This document shows, piece by piece, positions 30,296-41,230 of a stretch of DNA of 64,000 nt; positions within the stretch are counted from its first letter, which is position 1; every line of letters begins with the position of its first letter. The position numbers were made by a program, and so were the translations under genes. Source of the DNA: Candidatus Latescibacterota bacterium (GTDB lineage: Bacteria > Latescibacterota > CBDEFO01); contig CBDEFO010000007.1 in NCBI GenBank assembly GCA_965237525.1, positions 768,001 to 832,000 of the forward strand. Reading direction: 5' to 3'. The notes under the pieces are model-generated. The model saw only the letters and a program-made list of their open reading frames with translations, was not told where the DNA came from and made no database searches.

Positions 30296-32557
30296 CTATA
30301 GGCTCCTTGCAACCTCCACTACCTCATAGGCCTCTATAACATCGCCTGCCTTTATATCGTTGTAGCCCTCTATCGCCATGCCGCACTCGTAACCTGACGC
30401 CACCTCTCTGGCGTCGTCCTTAAACCTCTTGAGAGAGCTAAGCTTGCTTTCATATACCGTGACACCATCCCTTATTAACCGCACGGCAGAGCCCCTTTTG
30501 ATCGTTCCTGAACTTACGAAGCAGCCGGCTATCGTCCCTACTTTAGATACGTTGAAGATCTGGCGCACCTCTGCTGCCCCTATTATCTCCTCAGTCAAGT
30601 CGGGCGATAGGAGCCCCAGCAAAGCTGCTTTGACATCTTCTAACGCCTCGTAGATAACTCTGTAGGACCTTATGTCCACCTTCTCCTGTGCTGCAAGTTC
30701 CCTGGCTCTGGGCTCTGGCCTGACGTGAAAACCGATAATTATGGCCTCAGACGCAGAGGCTAAAAGAGTGTCCGACTCCGTTATCGCTCCTACGCCCTTA
30801 TGTATAATATTCACCCTTACTTCCTCTTGTCCATCCTTATCCCCCCCTAATTGCACCAGAGATTCACATAGAGCCTCCACTGAACCATCTACGTCCCCTT
30901 TGACGATAAGGTTCAGATCTTTGACCTGTCCCTCCTGGATCCGTCCGTGTATATCACCCAGGCCTATTTTCCTGATTTTCCTGTAATCCTGCTCCCTCTT
31001 AAGTTGCTGTCGCTTCCGGCTTATTTCTCTGGTTTCTCTTTCGGAGGAGAGCACCGCAAAGGAGTCGCCTGCCTGGGGCATTCCATCTACCCTGAAGATT
31101 TGAACGGGCACAGATGGTCCGGCCTTTTCGACTCGGCGCCCACGTTCATCCATCATCGCCCTTACGGATCCGCTGTAAATACCTGTTACAAATGTATCTC
31201 CAACGTCCAGTATCCCAGACTGGACGAGTACAGTAGCAACAGGTCCCTTTCCCGGGTCCAATTTGGATTCGATTATCGTCCCTTTAGCTTTCTTATCAGG
31301 ATCAGCCGTAAGTTCCAGTACTTCAGCCTCCAGCACAAGGGTTTCCAAGAGCTTATCCACATTCTCTCCCGTTTTGGCTGAAATCTGGATGCAGCTTATC
31401 TTCCCACCCCAGTCTTCGACTAACACCCCGTGCTCGGATAGTTGTCTCTTTATCTTTTCAGGGTCGGCCTGCGGGCGGTCAATCTTGTTTATGGCCACTA
31501 CAATTGGAACTTCAGCTGCTCTTGCGTGGTCTATAGCTTCTATCGTCTGAGGCATCACGTCATCGTCGGCTGCCACTACAAGTACTACGATGTCTGTTAT
31601 CTTTGCGCCTCGTGCCCTCATTGCCGTGAAGGCCTCGTGCCCCGGTGTATCCAGAAATGTTACCTTGTTTCCATCTTCTAATTCCACCTCGTGCGCACCA
31701 ATGTGCTGAGTTATACCTCCTACTTCACCCGCTATTACATTACTCTTTCTTATATTGTCCAGAAGTGAGGTTTTGCCGTGATCTACGTGTCCCATAATAG
31801 TCACAACCGGCGGTCTGGGAGCTAATCTCTCTTCCTCCTCTATTTCCTCTTCTAATATATCTTCTCCATATTCTGATAGAGGCTCGACCTCAAAATCGAA
31901 CTCGTCCGCTAACATTACTATAGTGTCCATATCCAAACGCTGATTTATGGTCACCATTAACCCCATGCTCAAGGATTTGGATATAACGTCCGTCGGCTTT
32001 ACTCCCATTTGCCCGGCAAGTTCTGCAACAGATACGAATTCACTAACTCTCAGAACATTTTCCTCTTCATCTGCTATCGTCGTGTCTTTATCCGCTCGAT
32101 CTCTGTATCTTTTTCTCGTTTGCCTCGATCCGACCTCCAACTGTGCCAAGGTTCTACGGACGCTCGCTTCAACCTCTCTCCGATCTGTCTCGCGCCGCTT
32201 CCGTTTGGGACGTTTTTTCCTGTCCTTTTTAATCGTGGGCCTTGTAGGCGCAGGCTGCAACTTAGGTACGAATGATCCTTTCTTGTTTTGTCCCCTTCTT
32301 TTGCGCTCCTGGCGCGAAAGCTGTGCCTCTTGCTCTTGTTTTTTCCTCTCCTCAGCTCCTGTTTTCTCCTTTTTAATCTTTTGTCTGAAGGTCTCCTTCT
32401 CCTCCTCAAACTTCTTTCTTATACTCTCCAACATCTGCTCATCGGCAGAACTCATGTGGCTCTTTACGTCATAGCCCAGATCTCTTACTATAGCCAACAT
32501 TGCCTGGCTTGAGACATCATATTCTTTTGCTACATCGTATATTCTCTTCTTTGTCAT
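30296..32557 (-). CDS. infB: Translation initiation factor IF-2
   Basis: [22 protein letters not shown] and NKID motifs. Confidence 0.98.
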   Translation of the reverse strand: MTKKRIYDVAKEYDVSSQAMLAIVRDLGYDVKSHMSSADEQMLESIRKKFEEEKETFRQKIKKEKTGAEERKKQEQEAQLSRQERKRRGQNKKGSFVPKLQPAPTRPTIKKDRKKRPKRKRRETDRREVEASVRRTLAQLEVGSRQTRKRYRDRADKDTTIADEEENVLRVSEFVSVAELAGQMGVKPTDVISKSLSMGLMVTINQRLDMDTIVMLADEFDFEVEPLSEYGEDILEEEIEEEERLAPRPPVVTIMGHVDHGKTSLLDNIRKSNVIAGEVGGITQHIGAHEVELEDGNKVTFLDTPGHEAFTAMRARGAKITDIVVLVVAADDDVMPQTIEAIDHARAAEVPIVVAINKIDRPQADPEKIKRQLSEHGVLVEDWGGKISCIQISAKTGENVDKLLETLVLEAEVLELTADPDKKAKGTIIESKLDPGKGPVATVLVQSGILDVGDTFVTGIYSGSVRAMMDERGRRVEKAGPSVPVQIFRVDGMPQAGDSFAVLSSERETREISRKRQQLKREQDYRKIRKIGLGDIHGRIQEGQVKDLNLIVKGDVDGSVEALCESLVQLGGDKDGQEEVRVNIIHKGVGAITESDTLLASASEAIIIGFHVRPEPRARELAAQEKVDIRSYRVIYEALEDVKAALLGLLSPDLTEEIIGAAEVRQIFNVSKVGTIAGCFVSSGTIKRGSAVRLIRDGVTVYESKLSSLKRFKDDAREVASGYECGMAIEGYNDIKAGDVIEAYEVVEVARSL

Positions 32558-32622
32558 TAATGATCCCTTCTGGGATTTTCAAAGCCGCATCGAACAGAAG
32601 TTTGAATTGTCTTTACTCAAGT

Positions 32623-33873
32623 TTAAGTGTTCGATTCTACGCGCGACTTTGCAGCCTCAAATATCTTATCTGCTGTGGATTTTCCTATCCCCGGTATCTC
32701 AGCTAATTCTGAAGCAGAAAATCTGGAAACATCACTTATTGTTTCGATGTTTGCCTTTTTTAGTTTCTCCGACGTTTTCGCTCCTACACCCGGCAAGTCT
32801 GTCAGTTCCCCTGCTTCCTTTCTTTCCTCTTTGAGTCTCTCTTCGTAAGCAGATTGGGTTAGTATATCGATACCATATCCCGTAAGTTGAGCCGCTAATC
32901 TTACATTCTGACCGGACTTACCGATAGCTAGGGAATATTGGCTCTCTTCAACTATGACCACTATCCTTTCATCCCCATCCTTCCATATTACCTTGGGCAC
33001 AGAGGCTGGACGCAGCGCCTCTGCCACAAACACCATCAGTTCGCTATTCCACGGTATAATGTCGATCCTTTCGTTGCTCAACTCTCGCACTATAGCTTGG
33101 ACCCTTGACCCCCTGATGCCCACGCAGGCTCCCACAGGGTCTATCCGGTCGTCTGTCGAATGCACGGCTATCTTTGACCTTTCACCTGGTTCTCTGGCTA
33201 CGGCCTTTATCTCCACTAACCCCTCATAGACTTCCGGGACTTCCATCTCGAAGAGTCGGATAAGGAAATCGGGATGTGTCCTGGAGAGCATAATCTGAGG
33301 CCCCTTGTTGGTTCTATCCACATCTATTATCAAGCACCTTATCAGATCGCCTTGACGGTATCTCTCCTTTCTTATTTGCTCATTGGATATAATGATAGCC
33401 TCTGTTGCACCTAGACTTACTATTATGTCTCCTTTGATAACCTGCTGAACGTTCCCCTGAATGATTTCTCCTATCCTTTTTTGGAAATCACTGTAAGTCT
33501 TTTCACGCTCAGCTTCCCTAACCCTTTGAACGAGTATCTGCTTGGCAGTCTGAATGGAATTTCTCCCAAAATCTAAGAGTCTGATCTCTTCTGCCACCTC
33601 ACTGCCTATTTCAACGTCCGAGTCTATCTCTCTTGCCTTCTCTACGGGGATCTCTACTGACGGATCTTCTACTTTTTCTACAACTGTCTTAGTGGCGAAC
33701 ATCTTGGCTTCACCGGTGTTCTGATCTATAACCACCTGTATGTTATCCGCTGTCCCGAATCGCTTCTTGGCAGCAGACAGAAGCCCCATCTCCAGGGTCT
33801 CTATCACCAGATCTCTGCTGACGTTCTTCTCACTTGCAATCTGCCCCAGGGCTTCTAATATCTCGTAGTTCAT
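32623..33873 (-). CDS. nusA: Transcription termination factor NusA
   Basis: S1/KH domains (AREPGERSK, DPVGACVG, AIGKSGQN) and C-terminal HhH repeats. Confidence 0.97.
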   Translation of the reverse strand: MNYEILEALGQIASEKNVSRDLVIETLEMGLLSAAKKRFGTADNIQVVIDQNTGEAKMFATKTVVEKVEDPSVEIPVEKAREIDSDVEIGSEVAEEIRLLDFGRNSIQTAKQILVQRVREAEREKTYSDFQKRIGEIIQGNVQQVIKGDIIVSLGATEAIIISNEQIRKERYRQGDLIRCLIIDVDRTNKGPQIMLSRTHPDFLIRLFEMEVPEVYEGLVEIKAVAREPGERSKIAVHSTDDRIDPVGACVGIRGSRVQAIVRELSNERIDIIPWNSELMVFVAEALRPASVPKVIWKDGDERIVVIVEESQYSLAIGKSGQNVRLAAQLTGYGIDILTQSAYEERLKEERKEAGELTDLPGVGAKTSEKLKKANIETISDVSRFSASELAEIPGIGKSTADKIFEAAKSRVESNT

Positions 33874-33894
33874 TTGGAGCTCCCTTCAAACCGC

Positions 33895-34350
33895 TTACTG
33901 CATATCCAGAGAAAGTTTGGCTTTGACTACATCCTCAAACATTATTTTCACTTCCCCACCATCAGATCTCTCCTTCAAGGTTATGCTATCTTCGTCATAG
34001 CCTATCAATGTCCCACTCAACTTCCCCGAACCTGTGGAGACATCTATCTTCTTGCCGACCGTACGGACAAAATCAGACCTACACTCTAAGGGACGGTCGA
34101 GTCCAGGTGATGATACCTCCAGCGTGTATCTTCCTTCTATAGGATCTTCCACGTCCAGAATGTCTCCTAACGTCCGGCTGATATAAGCGCACTCGTCTAA
34201 CTTTATGCCGCCCTCCTTATCGAGGCATATTCTCAAGATGCTCCTGTTGCCTACACTTATGAGTTCCATACCTATCAACTGTGCACCTGTATCTTGGAGG
34301 ATCGGCACTAAAAGGACGCGTACCAGCTCCAAAGTTTCCTCTTTTTCCAC
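33895..34350 (-). CDS. rimP: Ribosome maturation factor RimP
   Basis: LEVSSPGLDRPL motif; first gene of the nusA-infB operon. Confidence 0.96.
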   Translation of the reverse strand: MEKEETLELVRVLLVPILQDTGAQLIGMELISVGNRSILRICLDKEGGIKLDECAYISRTLGDILDVEDPIEGRYTLEVSSPGLDRPLECRSDFVRTVGKKIDVSTGSGKLSGTLIGYDEDSITLKERSDGGEVKIMFEDVVKAKLSLDMQ

Positions 34351-34374
34351 TATTTTACCCTCTTTCTAATAACC

Positions 34375-34398
34375 AAAAGAGTGGGCGCTGCCCACTCT
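34375..34398 (-). promoter_or_regulatory. rimP leader hairpin (terminator-like)
   Basis: AGAGTGGGC-AGC-GCCCACTCT followed by T-tract on the minus strand, as in the known rimP leader motif. Confidence 0.75.
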
Positions 34399-34411
34399 AG
34401 TCTTCTGTTAT

Positions 34412-34440
34412 AATATAGAACATTTCTTGTAATAACGCAA
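34412..34440 (-). promoter_or_regulatory. Probable sigma70 promoter of the rimP operon
   Basis: Minus strand TTGCGT-N17-TATATT just upstream of the leader hairpin. Confidence 0.55.
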
Positions 34441-34550
34441 GAAAAAAATTATGAAGGAAACTGCTTGACTCTGGAGTCTTTCTTCTGTAAATTCAGAAGG
34501 TTATTTGCAGAATAAAGAGGCAAAAACGCAAATAAGGGAGCGCTGAACGT

Positions 34551-35099
34551 ATGAATTCACTCCAAAACCAAGAATCGGTGTGGAAAATATCTCTATGTCT
34601 TGCGGGATTCCTCTTGGCAGTTATAATCCTTCTGAGCCTTGTCTCCTCCGATGAAGTGATCATAAATAAGGAGCAGTACGAAAAGCTCCTGGAAATGGAC
34701 CTTATAGAAGGTGCTGTAATATCAGAGAATACCTTCCACGGCAAGCTGGAACGACCAATCAGCTTCAAAACTGAGTATCAGTCGGGTTCCTACGACAGAG
34801 TTTCCGTGGAGTTCGAAGCAATAACTCCCCAGATGATAGAAAAGTGGGAAGAGTCAGGGATAAGACTTCAGTTCGAAGGCATAACAGATGAATCACAGTC
34901 GCAATCGAGTACAGTAGCTATCCTCGTACTTGTGGGATTCTTATCAGTCGGCGGGTGGTATATAGCGGATAGTATTGTAAGGAGCAGAAGAGAAGGGCTT
35001 TCAGAGAAGGTCAAAGAGTTGGATAAACAGAGAAAAGCTGGGACTTTAAGCGAAGCTGAATATTGGATGAAAAGGAGCGAACTGCGAGGCGATATATGA
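34551..35099 (+). CDS. Hypothetical two-TM protein resembling the FtsH N-terminal region, with a short C-terminal helical (SHOCT-like) tail
   Basis: TM - INKEQYEKLLE..I..AVI - TM - KELDKQRKAGTLSEAEY. Confidence 0.5.
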   Translation: MNSLQNQESVWKISLCLAGFLLAVIILLSLVSSDEVIINKEQYEKLLEMDLIEGAVISENTFHGKLERPISFKTEYQSGSYDRVSVEFEAITPQMIEKWEESGIRLQFEGITDESQSQSSTVAILVLVGFLSVGGWYIADSIVRSRREGLSEKVKELDKQRKAGTLSEAEYWMKRSELRGDI

Positions 35100-35120
35100 T
35101 ATAAAAGCAAGTAGACTGTT

Positions 35121-35167
35121 GAGATTGCTTCGCTTCCCCGATAGATTCAATCGGGGATCGCAATGAC
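35121..35167. repeat. REP-like repeat containing the 23-bp palindrome
   Basis: GAGATTGCTTCGCT[TCCCCGATAGATTCAATCGGGGA]TCGCAATGAC. Confidence 0.75.
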
Positions 35168-35273
35168 GAGCGTGCAGGATATGATGAGGTGCAATTAAAT
35201 TATAGCTTATGGCATTGAGGAATCCCAGTTCGTCGCAATTTCCATTTGTACAAGAAATCTGACAGACCCGTAT

Positions 35274-36332
35274 CTAAAAATCTCTCTCTACCAAAAAGTC
35301 CGACATAGCCTTTAATATATCCACCGCATCACCCTCGGGCATAGCGTTTAGATACTCTACACTTTTGTGCGCCATCTTCTTGCACATCTCTTTGGCATAG
35401 TTTATCGAATCGTATTCCTCTAAAAGCGATATCACCCATTCTATCTCATCGGGAGTGTTGCTGTTTCTGTCCCTGTTCAAAATCTCCGACACTTTTTCCC
35501 TTTCCCCATCTTGACACTTTCCGAAAAGGTCTATTATCATCAGTGTCCTCTTGCCCTCAGCTATGTCGCCGCCCCTTTCCTTGCCGTATGACCCGCCTGA
35601 AATTCCCGGAGCTCTGTTGGATTCCCCGCTCTCTACCACAAGATTTAAAAGATCGTCTCTTATCTGAAATGCCATCGCTATAGTCTCCCCGAAGTTCCCT
35701 GTCGCTCTTCTGCTCTTTTCATCTGCATCGGCTATTATAGCTCCGGCGTCGCACGGTCCTCTCCCCGTGTACCATCCTGTCTTTTTCTTAAGCATCATGA
35801 AAAAATCGTCAGGATCAGGAATTTTGCCCTCTCTTATCCACCCCAAATCGTAAGCCTGACCCTCACATGTAATTTGAAAGCCAGTTATCATCTTTTCCAT
35901 CAACGTAAAGGTCTTTTCGTCTCCCAAAAGATCTCTGTTTTCAAGGAGTGCTTCAAAGACCTTGCCAAAGAGGGCATCCCCCGCGTTTAGGCTCAGTGGC
36001 ACACCGTATTTTCTATGGAGACAGGGCTCTCCCCTCCTCATCTCCGATCCATCCTCTATATCGTCGTGAACTATCAGAAAAAGGTGCAAAAGCTCAAACG
36101 CTACAGCAGTCCAGATAGTCTCCTCCTTTTTCCCTCCTAACGCCTCACACGAGAGTATAACTAAGGCCGGTCTGAGCCTTTTTCCGCCTCTTTCCGGGTA
36201 ATCTCTCATGGGATTGTATAAGAACTCCAAAGGATCGTTCTTTGGAAGAAAAGAATACAACTTTTCATCTATAAGAGGGATATTCTCCTCCAAAAATCTT
36301 CTATACTTTTCGCTTCCGTTCGGATCGCCCAT
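35274..36332 (-). CDS. Polyprenyl diphosphate synthase (short-chain GGPP/FPP type)
   Basis: GGKRLRP, HDDIED..RRG, GQ..D, KT, FQIRDD and GDIAEGKRT motifs. Confidence 0.92.
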   Translation of the reverse strand: MGDPNGSEKYRRFLEENIPLIDEKLYSFLPKNDPLEFLYNPMRDYPERGGKRLRPALVILSCEALGGKKEETIWTAVAFELLHLFLIVHDDIEDGSEMRRGEPCLHRKYGVPLSLNAGDALFGKVFEALLENRDLLGDEKTFTLMEKMITGFQITCEGQAYDLGWIREGKIPDPDDFFMMLKKKTGWYTGRGPCDAGAIIADADEKSRRATGNFGETIAMAFQIRDDLLNLVVESGESNRAPGISGGSYGKERGGDIAEGKRTLMIIDLFGKCQDGEREKVSEILNRDRNSNTPDEIEWVISLLEEYDSINYAKEMCKKMAHKSVEYLNAMPEGDAVDILKAMSDFLVERDF

Positions 36333-36418
36333 ATCTTTTCCCTATAGTGGCAATGCTCTTCAGGTTGCACTGGATACGAACGAATACATCTCGATTCCCT
36401 CGCTAAATCCGCACTATA

Positions 36419-36739
36419 TTATAACAATTCTACTCTTTGCTCACAAGTATATTTTTCAACTTCTTCCAAGTCGACGGCCCTCAGTGTCCAGCCAATCTTT
36501 ATTGGCCCGGCGGCACCAACCCCGCTTCGGACGGATATCGTAGCAGTGGATGCTAGAACTGCTCCTGCGGTACGTTCACCTGGTTGCGATAAGCCTTCGA
36601 TCCCCTCTCTCAAAGTGTTCAGAAGGTCTTCTTTTAGATCGCAAAGTCCCGCTAACTGGCTCCTGGGATCAGAATGATTCCCGTGCGGTAACTGTGCCCC
36701 TGTTGGGAGAGCTACACTTGGAGGGCGTTGTATGTTCAT
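36419..36739 (-). CDS. Hypothetical protein
   Basis: ORF preceded by GGAGGG; no recognisable motif. Confidence 0.3.
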   Translation of the reverse strand: MNIQRPPSVALPTGAQLPHGNHSDPRSQLAGLCDLKEDLLNTLREGIEGLSQPGERTAGAVLASTATISVRSGVGAAGPIKIGWTLRAVDLEEVEKYTCEQRVELL

Positions 36740-39050
36740 ATTGCCACCCTCCAAAGCTCGATTTTGTACAGTTCAAATTCAGATTGCTTCCTTCAATACT
36801 TAATGGCGCAGGCTTCATCACTTTAAGAGGAGGATCTTCATAGAGGCTAAATCTCTACTACCTGCCCTCATCCTGCATATATAGACCCCGCTGGACAGGT
36901 CCTGCGCGCTCCATACCACCGAGTGCCGACCGGCTGCCTGTTCAAAGTCCACCAGAACCTCTACGACCTGACCCTGTACGTTGTAAACCTCTATCGTTAC
37001 AAGTGTCCTTTGAGGAAGTTCATATTCTATGATTGTTCTTAAATTAAATGGGTTCGGATAGTTCCTCAATAAGCTGTATTCCGTTGGTATTGAATAAACA
37101 TCTGACACGTACTCTTCTACAGCGGTCTTATTCAATACGACTAGTGTTTGGGGAGGACTTTCCAGATCTCCTACTCTCGCTGAAATCTCCGTCGCCCCCT
37201 CGCTTCGAGCCACTACTAACCCCTTTTCATCTTTCTCATTTTCCACAACTGCTACACTGGTATCAGAACTTGTCCATTCTGCCACAGAAGTAACGCTATC
37301 CAGACTCCCGTCGGAAAATATACCTATCGCCCAAAATTGGACCGAATCTCCCGCGGTTATCGAAGTGTCTTGAGACGCAAGCATTATCCTTATCAGCACT
37401 ACCCGCTCTCTCCCTGGAGAGAACAGCGCTCCTTTTCCTGGGGTAGAGACGTGCTCTACAAATGCCCCCGTCCCCTCGGGCCATCTTACCAGAGATTGGC
37501 CGCCGACTCCCCCATCGTAAGCTACGCTGTCCATCAGAGCGCCGGCTGAATCCATGAGGGTAACTGAATCGCCGGAATTTGCCAGACCGTTTCCTATCCT
37601 CCCATCGTCTACAAAGACCTGTCCAGCAAACACCGAAGGGACTCCCCCACCGAACAGGACTATCCGTTCCCCCGGAGCAATTATCGTCTCCTCCGGAAAG
37701 ACAAATCTTCCACTTTCTCCCACGTCGTCGTCCCCGAGCGTCCATCCGCCTATGTCCACGGGAGAATCGCCTGCGTTCATAAGCTCCACAAACTCGTCCT
37801 GGAAAGCATCCCTTATGCCGTCGCCGTTTGCATCCCCACTTAAGCCTTCAGCGGGGTCGAAAAGAATCTCATTGATGACCACAGCTCCAGTGACGTGGAC
37901 TGACACCGTATATCTCTGGAACCCCTGTCCCCCTCTCCCATCAAAGACGCTGACGTTCACCTCGTGTACCCCCTGATCATCCTCTCCCGGAGTCCAGGTT
38001 ATGACACCTGACTCCTCGTCTATCTCCATGCTCTCCGGTCCAGATACTACAAATCTCAGCACATCCCCGTCCTCATCTACAGCCTCCACATTGTAAAGAT
38101 ATAATCTTCCGACAAACGCAGATTTGACAGGTAAGCTTGTAATTATCGGGAGGTCATTTGTATTCTGGACATTCAAAGTGAAAGTCTGGACGTCGAAGCT
38201 TGATGAACCCTCAGCCCTCACCCTGACCGAACTTGTGCCTACATCACTGTTTCGCGGTGTTCCTCTCAAGACTCCAGTTTCAGGATCTATCGTCAGCCAG
38301 TCGGGTCGCTCCTCTAAAAAGAACTGGATGTCTCCGTTGTCATAAGTTGCGGTTACTCGATAGACGTACTCTTCGTCCTCCCTCGCCGCTCCTATCGGAC
38401 TCGATGTTATCCTGACGGTCACTGCAGGAGCAAATGAGCTTACCGACCCTGTCCCTGCAAACCCGAACCCTAACGCCCTTATCAAAACCTCCCCTTCCCT
38501 AAGGGCCGTAACTAACCCCTTTCTATCGACCTCTATAATAGTGCTATCTAAGCTTTCCCACTCCACATTTGCTGTAATTATCCCGCTTTCCCCATCTGAA
38601 AATATCCCTATCGCCTCAAGCTGTCCCCCCTCTCCAACGCTGATTTCGAGGCTATCCGGCTCCACTGAGATTGAGGAGAGCAGAGCCCTGCCTCTTCCAG
38701 GAGAGAATTTCCCTTTTCCCGGAAGCGACGAGTGTTGGACAAACTCGCCCGTCCCCTCTGGGAATCTCACCAAAGACTGATCCCTGTTCCAGTCACTGCT
38801 TGTCAGCGCATCAACGGTGTCACCCGCATCCGCAATAAGAAGGACTGTATCGCCCGAATTTGCCAGACCGTTTCCTATCCTCCCATCGTCTGTAAAGACC
38901 TGTGCCGCGAACCCCGAAGGGGATCCCCCACCGAACAGGACTATCCGTTCGCCCGGAGCTATGGTCGTTCCCTCTGGAAATACGAACTTTCCTCCCCCAG
39001 ACACATCGCCCAGAGTCCAATCTCCTATGTCAACTATAAAATCCCCTATA

Positions 39051-39073
39051 TCCCCGATTGAATCTATCGGGGA
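39051..39073. repeat. 23-bp palindrome inserted in frame in a CDS
   Basis: TATA-TCCCCGATTGAATCTATCGGGGA-TATA adds 9 codons relative to the paralogous LTD. Confidence 0.8.
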
Positions 39074-39649
39074 TATATTCAGAATCTCAATAAACTCATC
39101 CTCAAAGCGATCTCTCACACCGTCCCGATTTGCATCTCCTTCCAAGCTGTCAGAATGAGGATCAGCCAAGACCTCGTTTATGACTACAATATCGAAGATC
39201 GGGACAATTACAATGGCTCCGTCTACACCCACAGTCGGAATCTGATTAGCGTCCGCATCTCCCACGGTGATCTGTACAAGTCTGAGATCAGACCTCCCCG
39301 ATGGAGCATCGTTAGCTATGTTAAAGAACAGTATAAGGATAGCTCCATCTCCCGGAGCTATCCTTATACTTCTACTCAAGTCCGACCACAATATACGTAC
39401 TCTATTTTCTTCTCGAAGTCCAGCCGTTACACCTGCACCTTCAGCCCTCCCCATCTCGATCACCTTTTTAGGTGTCAGGACTTGAGGATCAAACTCTATC
39501 TCTATATCTACCACAGCCACTTCGCTGCGATTTGTGAGAAAGATATCCAAAGTTACCACTGTGTCCCCTGGAACAACCCGTGCCTCGCCCACTCTCAGCG
39601 TATCCTCACTCTGAGCCCAGCAGTCGCTGGAATATAGGAACAAAACTAA

Positions 39650-41102
39650 AAGCCTTGTGAAATAGTTATGTCCCAGGCAGCGTCTGAAGCGCCGATTATG
39701 GGTCAAAGAGTAGCATATCGTATCGTTTTGCTGTGGAATAAGCAAAATAGTCTTATCAGAGTTCTGGTCAGCAAGGAACAGGAGCTGTTTGAAGAACAGG
39801 ATGCACTGTCTTTGACAGACAGGGCACACATAGACGCTTTCCCCCTTCTTATGAAAGATACAAGCCTCTTGAGATTCTGTACTGTTGCAACAAGATTCAA
39901 CTGTTCATTCAGTGAGGCTAGTTCTCTGTAACGGGCTCGTCCCATACCGTGTTGTTGCCTGGCTTCAGCAAAGATATGTTCACTGCGTTTACGGAGTCTC
40001 CGGGAGAGTTTGTAGTCAGCTGTTAATGAGATAGACCGTGCATGATTTCTGGCTTTCGCCTCTCGCACTTTTCTATCCCGTTCGGCCTGAATATGTGCTG
40101 AATTTGTCTTGTTTTTCCATGTAGGAATCGGTTCAATCTTCTCATCGGCTCGCAGAGGAATATGGGGTATGATTCCCCGGTCAAGTACATCAGCGATAAA
40201 ATTACCAGAACCGTAACCGGTATCGGCACTAAGTGTCTGAATGTCTTTGGGCATGGTGTATGTTTCAAGGTCATCTACCATCTTAAGGGCACTTTCGGGC
40301 TCTGCTGTCCCTGTCGCCTGCGTGCCCTGAGTCTCAAGGATTACTCTGCTTTTTGTGTCGATCAGATCATGGCCCATAAACGAGAGAAAAGCCCCTTTGC
40401 CCTTCGATTTGCTGTATAAGCGCGCGTCGGGGTCTGTAGTCGAACGGTGTGTTTGGTTCGTCCACTTTTCACCATGAAAGTCTTTATCCTGAGGATGCCC
40501 GGACCTACCCTTTGTCTTATCACCTTCAAAACCGATTCCCTTGAGATAATCATCAAGAGAAACAGGGGGTTCTATCGGCTCAATACTTTTCACTGAAGCA
40601 TCAGCTTGTATCTGAGTGCCGTCGACACTAAGGTGTTTACCGCTCACAAGACCGACATCTATGCAACACTGGACTACCTGACGCATTATCCGTTCAAACA
40701 ACCCACTGGATGCCCACTTGTGATTGCGAAGCTTGTTGATCGTGCTCCTATCCGGAACCGCATCATCAAATGTCTGATGACAAAACAACCGATATGCCGC
40801 ATGCATCCCCACTTCCTGACAGAGCCGATTCTCACTCAAATTATACAGATAGCCAATAAGGATCATTCGAACAACTAATTCAGGATCAATACCGGGTCTG
40901 CCATTGTCAGGGCAATAACAATCTGATACAACGTCTCGTACAAATGAAAAATCAACTGCCTCATCAATCTGACGAAGGATATGATCCTCGGGAACTAAAT
41001 CCTCCATCTGAAAATAGTGAAACATCGGATTTGTCTGTTCCTGCTTTTGTGGGGTCATTGTTTCCTCCATGTATAATACTATCAATAACATAATATAATA
41101 CA
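39650..41102 (-). mobile_element. IS1182-type element, copy 1, lacking its left ~66 bp including the IRL
   Basis: IR AAGCCTTGTGAAA at 39650 preceded by CTAA; near-identical to 53128-54646 until 41102. Confidence 0.9.
39703..41058 (-). CDS. IS1182-family transposase (DUF772 plus DDE)
   Basis: LVPEDHILRQID, GRPGIDP, VDGT, STTDPDA, ADTGYG and R...EH.FAE motifs. Confidence 0.92.
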   Translation of the reverse strand: MTPQKQEQTNPMFHYFQMEDLVPEDHILRQIDEAVDFSFVRDVVSDCYCPDNGRPGIDPELVVRMILIGYLYNLSENRLCQEVGMHAAYRLFCHQTFDDAVPDRSTINKLRNHKWASSGLFERIMRQVVQCCIDVGLVSGKHLSVDGTQIQADASVKSIEPIEPPVSLDDYLKGIGFEGDKTKGRSGHPQDKDFHGEKWTNQTHRSTTDPDARLYSKSKGKGAFLSFMGHDLIDTKSRVILETQGTQATGTAEPESALKMVDDLETYTMPKDIQTLSADTGYGSGNFIADVLDRGIIPHIPLRADEKIEPIPTWKNKTNSAHIQAERDRKVREAKARNHARSISLTADYKLSRRLRKRSEHIFAEARQQHGMGRARYRELASLNEQLNLVATVQNLKRLVSFIRRGKASMCALSVKDSASCSSNSSCSLLTRTLIRLFCLFHSKTIRYATL

Positions 41103-41166
41103 GAGGGAGAACATTCTCCAAGGATTCAGCAGATTTCTTATCATTAAGTGTCTCTCCCAGGAAGGC

Positions 41167-41200
41167 GAGATTGCCTCGAGGTTTCACCCGTCGCAATGAC
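41167..41200. repeat. REP-like GAGATTGC..TCGCAATGAC repeat
   Basis: GAGATTGCCTCGAGGTTTCACCCGTCGCAATGAC. Confidence 0.7.
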
Positions 41201-41230
41201 AGAAAATGTAAACGGGAACAGGGATAGAAG

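Larger units (their letters stand above)
36818..41144 (-). pseudogene. Secreted cohesin / 2x lamin-tail / Big_2 / cadherin-like Ig / T9SS-type C-terminal domain protein, interrupted in its signal peptide by an IS
   Basis: Mature part 36818-39649: cohesin (EFDPQVL), VINEV/I LTDs, WxS.D Big_2, LTIDPETG.L.GTP Ig, NYPNPFN tail. Original start MIRNLLNPWRMFSLC at 41144 on the far side of the IS. Confidence 0.8.

Noticed and set aside
39650..39829. MCPVCQ... N-terminus as the native start of the 1003-aa protein
   Set aside because: It is IS sequence in an alternative frame; the same peptide appears in the copy at 54467
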